A DNA stretch of 56,881 bases, counting the filler, from Sphacelaria rigidula (Eukaryota): assembly GCA_964200075.2 (NCBI GenBank). It is 7 parts of 7 records of this genome, joined end to end, with 100 filler letters (N's around TTAATTAATTAA, not from the genome) between each part and the next. Parts side by side here need not be neighbours in the genome. Positions count along the whole stretch, not along the records: positions 8,142 to 16,182 come from CAXNAA020012535.1; positions 16,283 to 24,323 come from CAXNAA020012536.1; 5 more parts are not named here. The stretch is one strand, 5' to 3'. This document shows positions 13,354 to 24,423 of this stretch, piece by piece. Positions within the stretch are counted from its first letter, which is position 1, and each line of letters starts with the position of its first letter. The position numbers and the translations under genes were made by a program. The notes below the pieces were generated by a model. That model did not search any database. It saw only the letters and a program-made list of their open reading frames with translations, and was not told the origin of the DNA.

Positions 13354-15144
13354 CTAGAGGACCACACCCGCCTTGTACACTTCCCCCCGGCTCGTGCAGA
13401 CCTCGACGATCTGCTCGCCTGTTTACACGGACAGCCACAGACAAAAGTCACATACAACGGTGAGACGGACTATCATTCCACTCCACTCCCTGTCGTTTCA
13501 GGGTGATGCCATCGTTGCCCCCGCCGAAACCACTTTAGTCCGGCGGAACCCATCGTGCTCCGTCCGAGCTTTGTACAGACTTACACCTCAAGCGGTCGAC
13601 ATCGGTGGGCAACAGCGCTGTAAAACACGCCACTCACTGTGCAAGCTACGCAACCAGGTTACCGATTTCGACCCATTGAACCAGTGAGCGCTCACTGGTT
13701 TAATGGCAAACTGTTCTCTTCCCGAACATTTTAGACGCCGGTCTTGACCTTTCGGTATAATATGTGGGTGCACCAGCCGATATCACACAGGAGGAAGGCC
13801 GACACGGGAGTATTTCTTTCCTCATTATTTTGAGTTCTCCCCCGTCCTTTTGCGGTGCTTGCCGTACACTCGTATCACGAAAGGGTTCAGCGCTCCCTTT
13901 CCCTCGTCGACCAGCAAGTCAGATTTTGTGTACCCACGACGTAGTCGCTCTCCCCTTTTGGGCATTGTGTGAGAAAAACTTCCAGATCGCTACGAGATTT
14001 GAACCCACGACCCAACACGCAAGGGTTCGAGGATCCCAACTGAGCCACCGGGGCGACGGGGTGTGGGAACCTCGATTCCGTGAAAAGGGGATGATTATAC
14101 CACGTAGTGTTCACATAGTGAGACACGTGAGGTAGTTCGTCAGCGGTGGTTGTCTAGGGAAGAGTTGGAGAGTGGTGATGCTCAACTTTCACCGATCGAG
14201 ACAATCGAGATGGTCATGCCCCCCCCTGCAGCCCCTGCGGGCTGACGGCCCCAACTTTGCTTCCCCTGGGAACACGCAAGGACGGTTTGGGATGCTTCGA
14301 AGCTTTCGCCGACGATCTGGGAACTCTCGTATACCACGCACAACCTCCCTCTACCCCCCCCCCCCCGGACTGTCTGCCGATGATTTTGCCCCGAGACGAG
14401 GCTCGCAGTCTAAGGGTTGAGCATCCATCAAGAGGATGATTCAGACGTTTTGAACACTGGATCTTTTATTGGGAATGAGAAATCCGGAGTAATAAAATCT
14501 CCGTATCCACCCCAAATCTTCGAAATATGTTCCATTTCTTCACCACACTAACAGCTATTGACAACTGCTACACGACATAGAAATTTGGATTTTAATAATC
14601 GGAATGTTGAGGTTATTGGTGAAAAACGAATTTCGGAGCCATTTTGGCGTCCGTTCGGACACCCAGAATTCCCCAAAATTGCTTCTTCACCTAGAACCCC
14701 AACATTTCGGTGATCGAAATCCAAATTTCCATGGCGTGTAGCAGTTGTCAATAGCCATCAGTAGGTGAAAAAATGGAACAATACTCCGAAGATTTGGGGT
14801 GTAAACAGAGATTTCAATTCTCCGGGTTTCTTATCCTCAATTTGTAAGATCCCGTGTTTTTGCGTGGGTCACGGCTATCATTGCCATCCAACTTCTGCAA
14901 CTTCTGCCTCACCGTAGAATGGAACTCCATCTTCGACGATAAAAAAGTTGTCGTCGGTCCTCATGCCGCGTTTGCCGTTTACCCACAGTTTGTCAACTGG
15001 GCCCTTGCAGCCGACCGCCTGGATCTTCCAGTACCAGGCGTTGCTGCCCTCGAAACTAAAGTCAGGCTTCCGGCCTTTCTTGCACGGGACAAACCTCCAC
15101 TTGATATCCCAACGGCCATCACCGTCGGTGGCGAAGTCGAGGTC
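13354..15144 (-). CDS. Expansin-like (EXLX-type, DPBB + CBM63-like) protein, last two exons
   Basis: Exon 15144-14913 (cag| acceptor, |gtgagg donor) joins in phase to exon 13418-13354 (cag| acceptor, TAG stop). Product: DLDFATDGDGRWDIKWRFVPCKKGRKPDFSFEGSNAWYWKIQAVGCKGPVDKLWVNGKRGMRTDDNFFIVEDGVPFYGEQIVEVCTSRGEVYKAGVVL*. The DLD, GRxxIxWRFVPC, EGSNxWYxxIQ and RTDxNFF motifs are typical of microbial expansins. Confidence 0.8.
13715..14058 (-). mobile_element. tRNA-derived SINE
   Basis: Minus-strand head GTCGCCCCGGTGGCTCAGTTGG (A box)...GGGTTCAAATC (B box); body is homologous to 15885-16182. Confidence 0.8.
14455..14856. mobile_element. ~400-bp foldback MITE with long imperfect TIRs (CACTGGATC...GATCCCGTG)
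   Basis: Arms are reverse complements (GCTATTGACAACTGCTACACG / CGTGTAGCAGTTGTCAATAGC); further copies at 39627-40042 and 9386-9727. Confidence 0.85.
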
Positions 15145-15884
15145 CTGTCGTTTCAGTTACGTAACGTTCCGCGATGGGTCGTGTAAGCACCAATTGGTGG
15201 TTGGACCTATCGGCGAGCCGGAGCCGGAGCCGGATGCAATGTCGGAGAATCCCCACAAGCTTGCTCACACCTACCTCAGGTCGTACTTGGCCCTCGTGTT
15301 GTTTTCCAAGTCAATTACCTCACATGGCTTTCGAAGCCGGAAAGAGTACCGATGGCAGCGACCAAGAAATATTCGGATGCTCACAAGAAAATTTCCAGCC
15401 GAAGATGGGCGATAAATCATGGAAGGAGATGGAAGAGAACCTTCAGAAGACAGAGTGTGTAGGTGAATGCGAGCGGTACAGGACAAACGTAGGGGACATC
15501 ATGGAAATAGGGAGAAAAACACACCCCAAGACGAAAAGTAGACGAGGAAGAGCGCCCGAACATATATGGCGGGTCGAGAGAGGGGATGGGAATGTAAATG
15601 TACTAGCATGGCCCAATGGTCACGACCACAAAAAAATAGACTTCGATCTCGGGTGGGGTACTTGGACCTGCCAGAGAGAAGAAATATGTGTACCGCTACG
15701 AGCTGGGCCAGCCGAGAGACGGATTGGAAGTTTGCAGGCGAATGCGCTGGCCAATCGGTATAGTTGGAGCGTCAAATTTGGCACGGACAATGCATGAGGC
15801 ATAGTTTTTTTTTGGAGGAGGCACCAGAAGTTCTTCTTTCATTCCGTGAATCAAGGGCGTTTTGCTGATACCTGAAAACTGATG

Positions 15885-16182
15885 GTGTTGTTGTGTTGTT
15901 GTGTGTGAGTTGTGTTGTCGTCCCATTTATTCTGGGCGCCAGTCTACCCTTTCCGGGATATGTGGGCGCATCAGCCGGGGTCACATAGGAGGAAGGTCAA
16001 CACAGGAGCTTCTTTTTTATTTGTTTTTAGTACTCCACCTTCCTTCTGCGGTGCTTGCCTTTTATTCTTTTTATCGCAAGAGGGGTTCAGCAGTCCCTTT
16101 CCCTCGTCGACTGTAAAGTTGAATTTTGTGTACCCACGGCATAGTCGCTCTCCACTGTTGGGCATAGTGGAAGAAAAATGCC
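15885..16182 (-). mobile_element. Same tRNA-derived SINE family, head cut off by the contig end, with a (CAA/CACA)n tail
   Basis: Collinear similarity to 13715-13980; simple-repeat 3' tail at 15885-15918. Confidence 0.8.
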
Positions 16183-16282
16183 NNNNNNNNNNNNNNNNNN
16201 NNNNNNNNNNNNNNNNNNNNNNNNNNTTAATTAATTAANNNNNNNNNNNNNNNNNNNNNNNNNNNNNNNNNNNNNNNNNNNN
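16183..16282. other. Artificial contig linker
   Basis: N44-TTAATTAATTAA-N44. Confidence 0.99.
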
Positions 16283-16575
16283 GTGTTTTTTCGGGGCTGG
16301 GTGAGTAGATGTTGTGTTGCCTTGTTGTGTCGTGTCTGCAGCATTACACAGAGCTTGGGCCTGCTTGGACTAACGACCACTTCCAGACCCACCGCATTCG
16401 TCAACCTGCGTGCAGATCTGCGTTCCAATTTGTACAAAACTGCTTGTCGATAGGACTCGGGACTGATCGTTACGGGGCCAATCCCCTGACAAACGGGGAT
16501 TGTGAAAAAGGGGATTATCCCCTTCGTTAAGAAGCGCCCTCGGTAAGATATCCCCTTCGTTAAGAAGGGCCCCTA
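16283..16575 (+). repeat. Dispersed repeat of at least 290 bp, unclassified
   Basis: High similarity to 34665-35025 on another contig; ends in AAAAAGGGG..ATCCCCTTCGTTAAGAAGGGCCC. Confidence 0.85.
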
Positions 16576-16776
16576 CCGAGTTGATCGTGATAATAACTAC
16601 ATTGTGGAGCGGATGGAGATTGGGTAGAACTTGGGTTGGGAATTCGCATTTTTTTTAATTCGGAGCAATTTTATGGCCGCTGATTGGTCAAGGTACGTGT
16701 TCGCCCTCTTTTCGCTCTTAGTACTACCCCTATGGTCTTGAACAAAAATCAGGCCATGTTACCCCCTTCAGTCGTC

Positions 16777-19700
16777 ATGGCAGTCAGTATGATAGCATGC
16801 ATGTACGATTGAGCGGGTATCGCGGAAGGCATTAGCCTGTAGCTACAGTACACCAGCTGCCCTACCGCTTACTGATCTACCACAGTGCAATCGCACTGCC
16901 TGGTCTAACGCTTTCCATATTCTCCAGTACTCGGCCCCCGTCCTGTGTGTTTTGTGTTAGCCATCTCGCAGTTCCCGCAGCCCCCTGTTGCCGGTGCTGA
17001 TCGGCATGACGTGCTGTTTTAGATGGCAAGATATCTTTGTTTGCGTTTTTCAGCGCTCTACTCTCATCACAAGCCACTGCTGCCGATGTTGATGACGTTG
17101 ATGACGTGATAATGACGGCTGTACTTCCGGCGATGGGCATGGTGATGCGGTGTGCAGCTGAGGAAGCGAACGGCAGGAGGCTGCTTGCCGCTGCGATAGA
17201 TCTGGACGAGAAGGGTAGCAAATCGAGATGGACAGAGCCGGGGGCTAAAGAAAAGGCGGCAGATGCCTACATTCTGGCCGCGGAGGTGTGCTTTCGCCGC
17301 TCGTCATTGGCCACGCGCGGGTTGGGGGGGGGGGGGGAGGGGGTTGTGCGTTCATTTCGTGATTCGTGCGCATTTGATTACTATATCTTGGTCGATTTTG
17401 TCTTTCGCTCTTCAATGTTGTTGGGATTGGTTGGGATTATATCGCATTCTGTTTTCACAATATTAGTACTCGCGGTTCAAATCGAAACGTGTTCGGAGAT
17501 GCGCGTCCGTTTTTACTTGTACCTTACTTCATACTTGTACCTTACTTCAACTCTATTATGCCTGGGCGTTGATTTCTGCTGTGAACATGATTCACGCATG
17601 CAACGTCGTCAAGTATCCTGTGATATTGACACGTGTATTATGATAGACAGCACACGATCATGCGTGATGCACCACCTGAATCTTCGCTCACCTTGTGGTG
17701 TCTTTTCATGTTGTATGCGTTTGTGACTGCTGTGTGCGTGCTATCCCGGCGCAGGCCTTTATTACTGCTGTAAAGATATCTGGCGGAGGAAAACAATCTA
17801 GCGCGAACGAAAAGTTTGCGTCGGATGCTCTCTCCAGGGCGGAGACTCTCAAGGGAGTTACAAAGGTGTGAACTTATCGTGCCACGCTGCCCTTATTCGT
17901 GTGAATCTAGAGCGTTTGTGCTTGAGCATAGGTGTGGGGAATATGGCGGTACAGTGGAGGCCTTGTCCAACCACTTTTGCGGGTATCCACGTTTAACGTG
18001 CTCGTGGGCATCAACGTCTACGTACACACACTAGTGGATGCACGCTCAGCTTGTATTACACGCCCATTTTCGCACAGATGATCTTCAGCGTATCCAATTG
18101 TGTAGCGCTTCAGCTTCCGCCCATTGTTTGCCCTACATTTGTCATCTCTGACGATTGCAGTAAGTTTCTTCTCGGAACAGTTCTGTATTTGATGCAACCT
18201 GCAGCACCGAGGATTGTGCGTGTGGTCTCTCAGATGAGAATGGTCTTGCTGGTATTTTCGTTTTCACGTGTAGCCCTGTCTCGCTCAATGAGCATCGGCT
18301 GGTTACGACTTGTGACAGTCTTGTTTGGAACCCATGGTCGTACTTATGCTGTGGTGCTTCTTTGCTTCCGGTAGCATGTTTTCACTCAATGTGTACGTGC
18401 AGATGGTGGTTTCGTCTCGTGAAAGGTACACACGGCACAACGGTCGATTGCCATTCCTGTCATGTGGTACAATGATGAGCTGTTCGATTCTTGTTTTGGA
18501 TTCTTATACTGTTATCACATTAAGGTGACAAAGGTGAGCTATTCCGTTCTTGGTTTCGGCTGTTATGCTGTAATCAGTACGAAGGTGACAACGAATTTGT
18601 TCACCCGCTGCATGTACGTGTTTGCAGGCCAGGCCAGCAGCGAGCAAGCCCACCCAACCGGTGCCCGCCCCTGCCAAGCCGTACGCACCTCCCAGGTAGA
18701 TTCCCTTCACTATGCTGAACTGTTTGCAAGTATCTGGAGCCGAACATCGTGCCCAGTAAATGTTTCAAAAACTGATCACAGGTTCCGTGAAAGAGTTCAC
18801 ACCAGCTACACTCCAACCGAAGTCTCCTGCCAGCGTTTTAACTTGACTCAACTACCGAAACGAAGAGGCCTAATGGCGATCACAACAAACATGTGCGCCC
18901 GAGCAAGCGGCCGTACACCCTCGCGCGGTCAAGGGTTATACCGACTCCTTTCAGTAGTGCACATTTGAATCAGTCGGTGTTGTACAGTTCTGCTCCCAAA
19001 TGGTCTTTTTCAAGTGATTTTCTTGTCACGTCCGGCGGTGTTTCTCCCTCATCTTGAGGAGGTTTTGAAAACTGCTTGAGGAACCTGGTTCACCGTTTTT
19101 ATTATTATTATTTTTGTTGCACATTAAATGATCCCCGACAGACCCAGTCGTGCCGCTATCCACAGGGTAGGCATACCCAGGGTAAACAACACAGAAATGC
19201 TCGCTAAAGATGTCTGCGGCTCTGGTTTGGCTCGACACACCAGGCCGAGCAGGATGTGAATCTGGTCTGTGGTTGTCAAGACACCTGGTTCCTTCAGTGG
19301 AGTGTTAGGGGTCGGTCAAGTCGTTGGCAAAGGGAGAAGATGAACAATTTTGAAGAGGCTGATGTGGTAAATGGAAGCGGGACAATATAGCACAGACGAT
19401 GAACAGCAGGAGTAGAGATAGAGACCGCCTTCATGTCGCGGATGAACTTAGACACGAGATGGATAGCAGAGGCAAATAGCGACGCGAGCACCCTGCTCCG
19501 AACACCTACCGGAACGTTATCACTAGGCGCTTCATTGTTGTGACGTCCGCTTGCCTATTGCGTGGCATGGTCCGCGCCTGTGGCGGTTCGCATGGCACCT
19601 TTGTTGCGCATGTGTAGTTCGGCGGGGGGTGGTATTTTTTAGCCAATAATGACCCCTCTTGTCCGGCGAATCTTCCAAGTTCCGACGCTCCAAACCCAGG

Positions 19701-22597
19701 GACGCATATACATGAACATTAAGCTAAACCCCGTGGTGTGGTGGTTCACCTTACAGTACTAGGTAGTATTGGGTCGTAGAGTGGGAAGAACGCGGGTTCG
19801 GTTCTCGCTAGATGCATTTCGTTTGGGTTTTTACCTCAAAGTACAGTGTCTGATCTTTGCCGTCGAAAGTTTGAAGACACCACTAGCAGAAATAATTTGA
19901 AGAGTTTTTTTGACGAGAGTTGACGCGGTGCAGGAGTGCTGATGGTCATGGTCCAACCCACGAGACTAGAATGCAAGGGGTGTACGGGGGGAGAGCCTGG
20001 TTGATATCTGGAGACCAGTAGACCACGCATACGTCCCCAGGAAGGGCAGAGATTGAAAATGTGACGGGAAAAAAGAAAAGGGGCCATGTACACCACTGCA
20101 GGGGGTGATTGCTTCAAAACAGGCGGGCTCAACTGTCTGTCATACCGGATGGACACATAGTTGCATATTTTTTTATTGGGGAGTTCTGCTTTTTTGTCCT
20201 ATCAGATGGTAACTCAACCCTGTTTTTGTCACGGACCTCCAATGGCTTCCTGCTTTCGCGTGATGGCTGGCGCGAAGTTAGCAAGCCGTAGATGTTGCGC
20301 AAAACCACACTGACAACGAAATATGAAAATATCCGGTGAGGTGTCTTCAGCAGGTTGTTACAACCCGAAATTTAACGCTTTTGAGAAGTACGTCCCCTCC
20401 CTTCTTCCCCAGGTCGCCAACGCGGCCCACGCAAGGAGGCTTGACGCAGGAAGAGGTGAAGGTTTTGATGGACAGCTCCTACGTCAACGGCAAGCTCTTT
20501 TTGCCCTGGATGGACTCCGATGTCCGGGTCAGTAATTCGTGGGACTGGGTACTGGAGTCACAACGCGATGGCAGTGTACTGGTACAAAAACAGGAGCGGT
20601 CAATATTGCCTAGAGTTCGGAAATGGTACCAGTTATAACTGGCCATTATCATTATAATGGTGATAATGGTGATGGTTATATGAAAATTTTGGATAATGGT
20701 TTCAAACCATTACATACCGTTACCGGCTTTATAAGCCGCTACCGGCTACGTATGCTACATACAGCCCTTGAAAATTGGCCCAAATTTACCGTATTTTTCA
20801 TTTATCGTAAAAAAAAATCGCGTAAAAACGTACCTCCGGTACGGCGCCTCCAGCGGGGCCCTCCGGGGGCACCTCCGGCAGGGCCCCCTCTGGCGGGAGG
20901 GAGCTTTTCGGCTCGCGGCTGCCCCGCTCGACGACCAAACTAATATGTACCATTTAACTGGTTAATGAGTGCGCAAAGTGTAACCATTCAACGGGTTAAT
21001 GGTTAGGCCAACCATTTCCGAGCTCTAATTTTGCCGGTTCTTTCCTAATTACATGTGTCCCATTAAAACGCCTCATTATTCAACGGAAACCCATTTATTT
21101 GCGTCGCAAGTAGAGCTCGGAAATGGTACCAGTTATAACTGGCCATTATCATTATAATGGTAATAATGGTAATGGTTATATGAAATTTTCAGATAATGGT
21201 TTCATTATTTACCGTTACCGGCTTTATGAGCCGTTACGGGCTACACGTAGCCGGTAACGGCTTGTATGCTACGTACAGCCCTTGAAAATTGGCCCAAATT
21301 TAACGTATTTTTTATTTCTCGGGAAGCCAAATCGCGTAAAAACATGCCTTCGGTACGGCGCCTCCAGCGGGGCCCTCCGGGGGCGCCTCCGACGGGGTCC
21401 CCTCTGCCGGGGGGGGGCTTTTTGGCTGGTGGATGCGCCGCTCGACGACCAAACCATCATGTGCCATTTAACTAGTTAATGAGTGCGCTACGCGTAACCA
21501 TTCAACTGGTTAATGGTTATACAAACCATTTCCGTGCTTCAGTCGCAAGTGAAGGCGAATCGCATATTTTTACTCTATTGACGCCAAATCGCGAAAATGC
21601 ACCTGCGGCGGGGGGTTTCCGGCGGGCTTTGCCGCTGACCCAAGATACTAGCGGGATCCAGCATACTCGCTGCGTCAGCGGCCAGCATGTGATATACTGG
21701 CTGGCTGAGCCAGTACTCAGTCCTAGTAATTTCGCTGATTCGTCGGAAAGCTGGTAGCCAAGCATGCAGCGCCGTTTTTCTGTATGTTAACTCGCATCCG
21801 CGACTTGGTTCACTCTAGTCTTGTGCGCCCATTTATGTGTGCCTTGAGTGGTGTTTGATTGCTGAATTTTGTCTCCTCACGTCACATAGACTTTAACTCG
21901 GAACTGAGGGTTACCTAGCCTGCAGTACCACGCAGAACGGAGGTGATCACCCGTCAGGTCACAGTGAAGTAATAGGCCTGAAACGTACAACAGAAGACAC
22001 GGGTGTTTTCATTGTATACTCGATTAATTGTGTGGTCCATCTGCAATGGACAAGGTATCTTGTTCAGTGAATTTTATAACCAGCAGTTCATTCTATCTGT
22101 GGATTATGTGCTCTTGCCCAGTTGCAGGAGTCGCGACGATGCTCATAGTTGGAGCTGGCTCGGATTCTGTTGCGATCACAAGATCTCCTCAGGATTCTTC
22201 TTTGTAGCCCCCACAGAAGCGAATACTGAGCGTGATTCAGCTTACAGTACAGTAGACACAATCTAATGCACAACACAATAGCAAATATTTGTCATTTTCA
22301 TGAGCGAATCCGTACCTTTTTCTGTAGTTCGGCTGCATTGTTTTTATCCAGCTTTCACGCACACGCCAACTGCCACAAGTGGCACAAGTGAGGGTGTAGT
22401 CGAGAGACGACAACACCTCTTGCGGGCAATATAATCCGAATAAATAATTCTACTCATACGGATCCACCACTTTCTAGGGCCTGCAAATTTTGTTGTCGTG
22501 CGTGCCATATACAGGAAAACTTCAAGTTTTCCAAGCCATGGACGGACCCAGACGGATTGCTGCCTCTGTCAAAGCTTCAGGTGGAGAAGCTCGCAGC
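16777..22597 (+). CDS. CAPN7: Calpain-7 / PalB-like protease, N-terminal exons (MIT domain and linker)
   Basis: Exons 17158-17285, 17755-17865, 18628-18695, 20413-20527 and 22515-22597 are in phase; a first micro-exon at 16777-16786 (MAV) is tentative. MIT-like AIDLDEKG...AADAYILAAEAF...ALSRAETLK, then LTQEEVKVLMDSSYVNGKLFLPWMDSDVRENFKFSKPWTDPDGLLPLSKLQ, matching the recalled CAPN7 pre-catalytic region. Confidence 0.88.
19728..19820 (+). mobile_element. tRNA-like SINE head (second family), degenerate
   Basis: CCCCGTGGTGTGGTGG (A-box-like)...GCGGGTTCGGTTCTCGC (B-box-like). Confidence 0.45.
20611..21027. mobile_element. hAT-type MITE, copy 1
   Basis: TIRs TAGAGTTCGGAAATGGT / ACCATTTCCGAGCTCTA; 8-bp TSD ATATTGCC / ATTTTGCC (1 mismatch). 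Confidence 0.9.
21111..21541. mobile_element. hAT-type MITE, copy 2
   Basis: TIRs TAGAGCTCGGAAATGGT / ACCATTTCCGTGCTTCA; perfect 8-bp TSD GTCGCAAG. Confidence 0.92.
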
Positions 22598-24323
22598 GTG
22601 AGTACACGGAAGCCGGCTCGAACGCGGTGCTTAGCGGCACACTGTTCATTCCCGTGCTCTTCATTTTGCACTTTATTCCCTCACTATATGTAGTGCAGCG
22701 GTGTTTCTTTTTCGGCGAAAGTGTTTTCCTACGTATTGATAGACGCGAGGGTGTTTGAAATTTGCGTCAATTGGTTTGGATTCTGCTGCACGCCGGCGCC
22801 TTCTATTGGAGCATTCGCTGCTTACTATTGTACGCTCACCCCTGCTGCTTTTTGTGTTCCCAAGTAAAGCAAATGTGAAGTAGACGCAACCAGCTTGTCC
22901 CCCCCAGGAAAAAAAAGCGAAAACAAGATACTCAGCTGACCAACCGATACACGAGTACTGTATGCATTGGTTTGGTTTATGTTTTAGTTCTTGGTGCTGA
23001 GAGCGTGTCGGCCTTCGCTCATCACGGTTGATTTGGTGTACTGCGTTGCTGGTGGTAAATGTTGTTGTTTGATGTCGCTGACGTAGGGTTTGGTCATGAT
23101 GTACAGTATACACCGTGATGATCGCAGTAAAGTAATGCGTATTCACCACTCATGGCTTGCAATCGCAGTCCATGATGCTCAGCTTTTCATATCCCGACTG
23201 TCGTGATTCAATTTACACATTGCTTGACGCACTAGTGAAATATTTCTCTTTTTCACGTCACTGTGGAGTCGTTTCACGCTCTGACTTGTCACTCATGTTA
23301 TCATTGGAGAAGAATTTTACCTAGTCACATTCGACATTGACAGTCATATTACCAACTTTGTAAGTTTGCAATCGTGATGTATTCAGACCTTCATGTACGC
23401 TCACACGTACGCCTCCCGCATTTTTGGTTTTGCCATGACGAGGTTCACAGATTGATTTTCAACTGTGATGTTCACGTACTCACTTAAGGTCGCACCCGCC
23501 ACATACTGCTAAAACTTTGTTGTGTAACCTTGCAATCGTGATATTCTCAGGCGTGGCGTGATCGTCACTGCCGAACATTTCGCACTTTGATTCTCCTTGC
23601 ACGACACGGCATTATCGCCTTTTTTGCTGCCGTAATGTACATATTTTCACATCTTCAACAACGGTCGGAGCCGTTATGTCACTTCACTGTTAATTGCCGC
23701 AGTTGTAGTGTGCCCACACGCTGATCGATGGTCACAGCCACGAAATTTGTCACCTGAAATCGCTCTCACGGCATTCGTGGGTGTAGTGTTTCCTGATGAT
23801 GATTTCCGTGTAATCATGCTTGCGATGTGTCCCAGCCACGCTACGTCAATACGCTGTTTCGCAATCGTGTTATAGTTACCCGCTGTTTGTTAGACGTTGT
23901 CACGACCTCCACCCTTCAGAAGTAGGTGTCACGGTATGGCCGCTTTAATCTCTGTAATCATGATGGTGCTACATTCACACAATTTGAAGGTCGCCGTGAT
24001 GCTTCACGGAGCTCTCTCGCACTCGTGATACGTCCACGCGCCCTTTGATGGAGTTGGTTACGACATTTGCTCTGGGAAATCTCTGTGACGATCTTTCCAT
24101 GCCGACTTCACAGTCCTAATCTTCATGTCCTACAAACATACCTGAAAAGGAGGGCAGTCTGTATCTCGCGCAGTAGTGCGTGCCATCCCATACACTCGGA
24201 GAGAGGATGAGCAAGATGAGCAAGATGAGCGTGAAAGTGGGATCGATCGGAAAGGTGTGCTCGGCGAGTCGCATGGAGGGTGAGCTGCATCCTGCTAAGA
24301 TTGTTCGGCCCGAAGGCTACTGA

Positions 24324-24423
24324 NNNNNNNNNNNNNNNNNNNNNNNNNNNNNNNNNNNNNNNNNNNNTTAATTAATTAANNNNNNNNNNNNNNNNNNNNN
24401 NNNNNNNNNNNNNNNNNNNNNNN
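24324..24423. other. Artificial contig linker
   Basis: N44-TTAATTAATTAA-N44. Confidence 0.99.

Noticed and set aside
14854-15415. Plus-strand ORFs of 110 and 155 aa
   Set aside because: Antisense shadows of the minus-strand expansin-like exon.
20611-21541. Tandem segmental duplication
   Set aside because: Each copy has its own 8-bp TSD and the flanks are not duplicated.
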